From an uncultured Spirochaetota bacterium (GTDB lineage: Bacteria; Spirochaetota; Spirochaetia; SZUA-6; Fen-1364), in contig CAVTHO010000007.1 of NCBI GenBank assembly GCA_963734545.1, positions 128,001 through 192,000 of the forward strand: a DNA stretch of 64,000 bases. Reading direction: 5' to 3'. Numbering within the stretch: position 1 is the first letter of the stretch; each line of letters begins with the position of its first letter. The notes beneath the pieces are model-generated. The model saw only the letters and a list, made by a program, of their open reading frames with translations. It made no database searches and was not told the DNA's origin. Below, one piece after another: positions 58,856 to 64,000 of this stretch. The position numbers were made by a program, and so were the translations under genes.

Positions 58856-59776
58856 TTGGCGAAGAATGTATTCAAGCCGCAGGAGATCATGTACCTCTCC
58901 CGGAAGGTCTTCATCGAGCCTCCCAAAATCGTGGCGGAAGAGCCGGTCGAAGAGGTGGAGGCCGTCGAGGAGACCAGAGGGGAGTTCACCGGTCCGACCG
59001 TGGAGGACATCCGGCGGGAAGCGGAACGCTTCCGCAAGGACTGGGAAAAAGAGAAAGAGCGCCTCCTGAACCAGGCCCAGGCAGAGGCGGACAAGATCCG
59101 CAAGGATGCCGAGAAGGTGGCATTCGACGAGGTCAAGCGGAAGAACAACCAGGCGCAGAAGATCCGCCAGGAAGCGGAGGACCAGGCGCAGGTGATTCTT
59201 GCCGAGTCCCGGCAGAGGGCCGCGGACCTGGAATCGGACATCAAGCAGCGTGTGACGCAGACCGAGCGGGAGGCATACGAGCGCGGCTACGCGGACGGCC
59301 ACGCAAAGGGGTATGACGAGGGCCGCGCGGAAGTCGAGCGGCTCGTGGAGAGCCTGCATGCGATCATCACCAAGGCCATCGAGAAGAGAAACGAGATCAT
59401 CGAGGAAGCCGAGACCCAGATCATCAACCTTGTGCTCCTCATCGTGAAGAAGGTCATCAAGGTCATCTCCGAGAATCAGAAGAATGTCGTCATCAACAAC
59501 GTGGTGCAGGCGCTGCGCAAGCTCAAGAGCCGGGGGGACGTCGTGATCCGCGTCAATCTGGCCGACCTGGAGCTCACTTCAGAGCACGTGAAGGACTTCA
59601 TGAAAATGGTGGAGAACGTCAAGTCGATCACCGTCCTGGAAGACTCTTCCGTGGACAGGGGGGGGTGCATCATCGAGACAGACTTCGGCCAGATCGACGC
59701 CCGCATCTCGTCGCAGCTGCACGAGATCGAGGAGCGCATCCTCGAGCTCATGCCCATCCGATCCAAGGGCGAGTAG
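58856..59776 (+). CDS. fliH: Flagellar assembly protein
   Basis: AYERGYADGHAKGYDEG (GxxxG repeats), GGCIIETDFGQIDA. Confidence 0.95.
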   Translation: MAKNVFKPQEIMYLSRKVFIEPPKIVAEEPVEEVEAVEETRGEFTGPTVEDIRREAERFRKDWEKEKERLLNQAQAEADKIRKDAEKVAFDEVKRKNNQAQKIRQEAEDQAQVILAESRQRAADLESDIKQRVTQTEREAYERGYADGHAKGYDEGRAEVERLVESLHAIITKAIEKRNEIIEEAETQIINLVLLIVKKVIKVISENQKNVVINNVVQALRKLKSRGDVVIRVNLADLELTSEHVKDFMKMVENVKSITVLEDSSVDRGGCIIETDFGQIDARISSQLHEIEERILELMPIRSKGE

Positions 59777-59788
59777 GGAGGCCGGGCA

Positions 59789-61150
59789 GTGGGAGTATTC
59801 GACAAGTACACCGCGGTGCTGGAAAACCTGGATCCCATCAAGTTTACCGGGGCGGTCGAGCGCGTGCAGGGCCTTCTCATCGAGAGCAATGGTCCATCCG
59901 CGCAGGTGGGGGAGCTCTGCCAGATCCTCGTGCCCAAGGGCAGGGGCGCCGTGTGGGCGGAGGTGGTGGGGCTGCGCGGCAAGACCGTGCAGCTCATGCC
60001 CTACGACGAAATGGAAGGAATCGAGATCGGAAATCTCGTCATCGGGATGGGGGAAACCCTCCGTGTTGCCGTGTCGGACAAGCTTCTGGGCCGGACTCTG
60101 GACTCGATGGGAAAACCCATCGACGGAAAAGGCGATATAGGCTCAGAGGAGTGGTACTCGGCATTCAATACCCCTCCTGACGTGCTGAAGCGGAAGCGGA
60201 TACGCGAGATTCTCGCCACCGGCGTGCGCTCGATCGATTCCCTCCTCACGGTGGGCAAAGGCCAGCGCATGGGGATTTTTTCAGGGAGCGGCATCGGAAA
60301 GTCGACCCTTCTCGGAATGATCGCGCGCAATACGTCGGCCGACGTGAACGTCATCGCTCTCATTGGAGAGCGTGGCCGTGAGGTACGGGAGTTCATCGAG
60401 AACGACCTCGGGCCGGAAGGCCTCGCCCGGTCCGTGATCGTTGTCTCATCCTCCAACAAGCCGCCCCTTGCCAGGATCCGCGGCGCGTACGTGGCCACCG
60501 CCATCGCGGAGTATTTCCGAGACAGGGGCAAGGACGTGATGCTTCTCTTCGATTCCGTGACCCGGTTTGCGCGCGCGCAGCGCGAGATCGGGCTTGCCAT
60601 CGGCGAGCCCCCCGCGAACAGGGGCTTCACGCCCTCGGTGTTTTCCCTGCTTCCCAAGCTCCTGGAGCGGAGCGGCACATCGGACCGGGGCAGCATCACC
60701 GGGTTCTACACGATTCTGGTGGAAGGCGATGATATCGACGATCCGGTGTCCGACAACGTACGGGGCATCCTGGATGGACATATCGTGCTCACCCGCAAGC
60801 TGGCCAGCCGCAACCACTACCCGGCGGTGGACGTGCTGCAGTCGATCTCGAGGCTTGCCGTCATAGTGGCGGATCCCCGCACCCGGGAGGCCTGCGGCTA
60901 CATCCGGAGGCTCCTCGCCACCTACTACGGCGCGGAGGACCTTATCAGCGTGGGCGCATACGTCAAGGGCAGCAATCCGGAAATAGACGAGTCCATCGAC
61001 AAGTTTGCCGCCATCGAGCAATTCCTGATCCAGCGGGTGGAAGAGAAAGCCCCGCTGGCGGAAACGCTCCGAATGGCGGCGCAAATCGCGGGAATGGAAG
61101 TCCCCGAGGAGGAGCGGGCAAAGGATGCGGCGGTTCCAGTTCAGGCTTGA
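59789..61150 (+). CDS. fliI: Flagellar export ATPase
   Basis: SGSGIGKS, LIGERGREV, DSVTRFA, ILDGHIVL, YPAVDVLQSISR. Confidence 0.97.
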   Translation: MGVFDKYTAVLENLDPIKFTGAVERVQGLLIESNGPSAQVGELCQILVPKGRGAVWAEVVGLRGKTVQLMPYDEMEGIEIGNLVIGMGETLRVAVSDKLLGRTLDSMGKPIDGKGDIGSEEWYSAFNTPPDVLKRKRIREILATGVRSIDSLLTVGKGQRMGIFSGSGIGKSTLLGMIARNTSADVNVIALIGERGREVREFIENDLGPEGLARSVIVVSSSNKPPLARIRGAYVATAIAEYFRDRGKDVMLLFDSVTRFARAQREIGLAIGEPPANRGFTPSVFSLLPKLLERSGTSDRGSITGFYTILVEGDDIDDPVSDNVRGILDGHIVLTRKLASRNHYPAVDVLQSISRLAVIVADPRTREACGYIRRLLATYYGAEDLISVGAYVKGSNPEIDESIDKFAAIEQFLIQRVEEKAPLAETLRMAAQIAGMEVPEEERAKDAAVPVQA

Positions 61151-61590
61151 GCGTTTCCTCGAGCTGCGCAGGTGGAAAGAGCGTGAGTGGGAGATTGCCC
61201 TCGCAAAGGTGCTCGGCGAATGCCTGCTGCTGGAGAAGCGCATAGAGGAGATCGCAAAGGAGGTCTCCGCGAGCATGCTGTCCGCGTTCGTGGCCGGCGT
61301 CCAGATCGATGTCCGTGGCATGGCCCGAAGGGAGCTGTACCTGCAGAGACTCGCGCACGAGCGGGAGCGCACCCAGGCCGCGCTCGTGGAGGGACGCAAG
61401 GAGCTGGAGAAGGTGCGGGCGAAGTACCTCGATGCCGCGAAAGAACGGAAGGTTCTCGACAAGCTGAAGGATCGCAGATCAGAAGAGTACTACGCACATC
61501 AGCTCGATGAGGAGTACAAGAGCATCGACGACATGAACACATCTAGCCGCGACGCGGCTCGAGGCCGCCGGGCGCGAACGATGGTAGGGA
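61125..61590 (+). CDS. fliJ: Flagellar export protein FliJ (stop not seen in frame; reads through into flbB)
   Basis: MRRFQFRLERFLELR...KVLDKLK...EEYKSIDD. An out-of-frame TAG at 61585 precedes the flbB SD. Confidence 0.85.
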
Positions 61591-61598
61591 GGGGGGAC

Positions 61599-62222
61599 GT
61601 GGCAGAGTTTTCCGAAGTCCGACCGGGAGTGAGAATCTTCATTCTCTTTCTTCTTCTGATCGTTCTCACCCTCGGCGGGATCATCTGGTTCGACTACCTC
61701 GGGCTTGTGGACGCGAAGGCGATCATCTCCCCGGTGTACAGGCTGCTCGGGTTCGAAAAACGCAGCAACGTGGCGAGCGCCGATGACCCGAATCTCCTGG
61801 ACAGGGAACGTCTTGCCAAGGAGCAGGATGCCCTTGCCCTTCGTCAGCAGGATCTGGACACGCGCAGCGCCAGCCTGGCGCAGAAGGAAAAGGAGCTCAA
61901 CCAGCTCGGGCAGGATCTCAACGACCGGGACGCGGCGCTCACGGCCCGGGAAAAAGCGTTTAATGACCAGGTCAAAGCATTCGACAATAGAAGGGTGAAC
62001 ATCGCTCAGAATGCGACCTATCTGACGAGCATGCCGCCCGCCAATGCGGTGGCAATCATGGCGAAGATGGGAGACCAGGACGTCATCGACATTTTCAGAA
62101 CAGTGGAGCAGCAGGCCCAGAAGGCGGGAGTCGACTCTGTGGTTCCCCTCTGGCTGTCCATGTTGTCCGCGGACAAGGCGGCGGACCTGCAGCGAAAAAT
62201 GGCCGGGAAGACGGGAGGCTGA
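61599..62222 (+). CDS. flbB: Periplasmic flagellar collar protein FlbB
   Basis: SD GGAGGGG + GTG, TM ending GGIIWFDYLG, coiled coil, MPPANAV..M, VPLWLSML; located between fliJ and fliK. Confidence 0.82.
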   Translation: MAEFSEVRPGVRIFILFLLLIVLTLGGIIWFDYLGLVDAKAIISPVYRLLGFEKRSNVASADDPNLLDRERLAKEQDALALRQQDLDTRSASLAQKEKELNQLGQDLNDRDAALTAREKAFNDQVKAFDNRRVNIAQNATYLTSMPPANAVAIMAKMGDQDVIDIFRTVEQQAQKAGVDSVVPLWLSMLSADKAADLQRKMAGKTGG

Positions 62223-62225
62223 TTC

Positions 62226-63377
62226 GTGAACGCGCAGAGTGCCGCCACGGACGCGAAAGTCACGGCGCAGGAAGCGCTTCCCACCCGACAGGGCAAGGGC
62301 AGGAAAGCCGCGGGCAAGACAGGCCTCGCGGCGGCGCTCCTTCCCGTTTCCCGCAAAGGGGCCGCCACTTTTGCGCACCTCATGAGCGCAAAAGTTGCCG
62401 TGGCGGCGGGCGGGAAGACGGGGGAGAAGAGTCTTGCGTCTCTGCTTATGGCGGCCGCGTCAGGCATCAAGGGCGCCGGGCGCGCAGTGCCTGCCGCGCA
62501 TGGTGAGCAGGCGGATGCGCTCAAGCTGCCTTCCGGTCTCCTCAAGGCTCTGGAAGAAAGTGAAAAACTGGCACTCGGAAAAGAAGAAAAGTCGGACGGC
62601 AGGAAAAAGATCGCCAGACTGATCGCTCCTCACGCGGGCGCAGCTGCAGACGCAGGCGCCGACAAGTCCAGGACCGCCGAAAGCGCGGCGGTTGCTGAAA
62701 AACGCGGCGATGCGCCTGCCGTGCAGGTGGGCGGAACACGCACTGCGCAGAACCCGCGGACCGTGCTCATCCACGTCGTGGACCTTCGCAAACGCGCGGC
62801 AGACAAGTCCCCGGACGGAACCGGCAGCTCGCAGAAGATCGCTCAGGCGTCCCCTGCAGCAAAGGAGCCGGGCGCGCTGTTCATGCTTCAGCCGGGGACG
62901 CTGAAGGATATCGAGGCTCCCCGGAAGGTCGCACCCGCGTCTGCCGCTGCGTCGCAGTCAGGTCTGGAACGGCTGCGGGAGATGGCAGGCTCCGAGCTTC
63001 TGCGCGCCTCCAACCTCGTGCTCAGGGATGGAGGCGGGGAGATTCGCCTCCTCTTGAAGCCGGAATCCCTCGGGAGCGTGCGGATCCGCATGAATCTTGT
63101 CGATAATAAGGTCGAGGGCAGGATCATCGTGGACACCTCCGCGGTCAAACAGGTGATCGACCAGAGTATCGATGCTCTGAGCCGGGCACTGACCGCGGGA
63201 GGATTCCAGACGTCCTCTCTCGAGGTCTCCGTCGGCGGACAGAACGCCGACAACGGGAGGCGGATGCAGGAGCCGCCCGCAGAGGTGCGCAGGGTGGCGG
63301 CGCAGGGCTTTGAGCGCAACATTCCGGGAGAGGAAAGCCTCAGCATGGGCGACCTTCTCGTGAATCTTTTCGTGTAG
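62226..63377 (+). CDS. fliK: Flagellar hook-length control protein
   Basis: Low-complexity N-terminus, GEIRLLLKPESLGSVRI. Confidence 0.9.
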   Translation: MNAQSAATDAKVTAQEALPTRQGKGRKAAGKTGLAAALLPVSRKGAATFAHLMSAKVAVAAGGKTGEKSLASLLMAAASGIKGAGRAVPAAHGEQADALKLPSGLLKALEESEKLALGKEEKSDGRKKIARLIAPHAGAAADAGADKSRTAESAAVAEKRGDAPAVQVGGTRTAQNPRTVLIHVVDLRKRAADKSPDGTGSSQKIAQASPAAKEPGALFMLQPGTLKDIEAPRKVAPASAAASQSGLERLREMAGSELLRASNLVLRDGGGEIRLLLKPESLGSVRIRMNLVDNKVEGRIIVDTSAVKQVIDQSIDALSRALTAGGFQTSSLEVSVGGQNADNGRRMQEPPAEVRRVAAQGFERNIPGEESLSMGDLLVNLFV

Positions 63378-63396
63378 CAGGACGGAGGAAGGGAAC

Positions 63397-63849
63397 ATGG
63401 ACATTTCATTGTCACTCACCCCGCAGGAGCAGGCCCGGGTGAGCCAGCAGGTGGACGCCTTCAACAAGACCCTGAACGAGGGCCGGGGGGCGAAGGCCAA
63501 TGCGGCGCTGGACAAGAATGACTTCCTGAAAATCCTCATCACGCAGCTCAGCCACCAGGACCCCACACAGCCCATGGACGACAAGGCGTTCGTCGCCCAG
63601 ATGGCGCAGTTTTCCAGCCTCGAGCAGATGACGAACATGAGCGAGGGTCTCGCAAGGGTTGCGGACCTGATTTCGAGAAGCCAGGCGGTCAATCTCCTGG
63701 GCAACGCGGTCGAGATCTCCGAAGGCGGATCGACCGTTTCGGGGATCGTGGAAGCGGTGACGAGCGGCGACTTTCCCCAGGTCATGGTCAACGGCCAGTA
63801 CTATGACTTCGCCAATGTGCAAAAGGTCAAGAGAGACTTGAAGGAGTAA
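63397..63849 (+). CDS. flgD: Flagellar hook capping protein
   Basis: LDKNDFLKILITQLSHQDPTQPM, AQMAQFSSLEQM. Confidence 0.96.
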   Translation: MDISLSLTPQEQARVSQQVDAFNKTLNEGRGAKANAALDKNDFLKILITQLSHQDPTQPMDDKAFVAQMAQFSSLEQMTNMSEGLARVADLISRSQAVNLLGNAVEISEGGSTVSGIVEAVTSGDFPQVMVNGQYYDFANVQKVKRDLKE

Positions 63850-63855
63850 CGAACC

Positions 63856-64000
63856 ATGATGCGATCGCTCTGGGCCGGGGTCTCCGGCCTGCAGAACCAC
63901 CAGACACGCATGGACGTGCTGGGCAACAACATCTCGAACGTCAACACCAATGGGTTCAAAAAGGGCAGAGTCACATTCCAGGACATGCTCTCCCAGACGC
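63856..64000 (+). CDS. flgE: Flagellar hook protein (partial, runs off window)
   Basis: [43 protein letters not shown]. Confidence 0.93.
   Translation, partial: MMRSLWAGVSGLQNHQTRMDVLGNNISNVNTNGFKKGRVTFQDMLSQT

Noticed and set aside
62745-62760. Possible repeat copy in fliK (gcgcagaacccgcgga), and similar short matches at 33811, 38151 and near 5010
   Set aside because: Matches are too short to separate from chance in GC-rich sequence without a profile search.

Overview
A high-GC bacterial chromosomal segment, almost certainly from a spirochaete (Spirochaetia). The right half has the Treponema/Borrelia-type gene order mraZ-rsmH-ftsL-murF-mraY-ftsW-ftsQ-ftsA-ftsZ-xerD-dprA-topA-xerC-hslV-hslU-flgBC-fliEFGHIJ-flbB-fliK-flgD-flgE, including the periplasmic-flagellum collar gene flbB. 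The left half holds an Fe-S flavoprotein, a Zn-peptidase/ATP-grasp pair, a CtpA protease, a Liv-type ABC transporter, an AKR-ldh-uxaC operon, an Ehr (hydrogenase-4-like, NiFe-less) complex led by an HTH-PTS EIIA regulator, and USP/pcm/nadK/recN/cdd genes. No rRNA, tRNA, CRISPR array, transposase or prophage was found. About a dozen short indels split genes, including ftsA and hslU, which points to long-read consensus errors. The most striking unannotated signal is a family of GTAG-tagged, nested palindromic repeats (REP-like). They form composite intergenic elements, supply stop codons to two genes, and have spread as a 24-bp unit that is open in all six frames (plus a related 42-bp unit) in-frame into ftsQ, topA, xerD, cdd, EIIA, two Ehr subunits and others, read in different frames and orientations. 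A structured sRNA candidate with an anti-Shine-Dalgarno loop (25992-26092) is the second notable signal. All product calls come from motif recognition by eye; no database searches were run.
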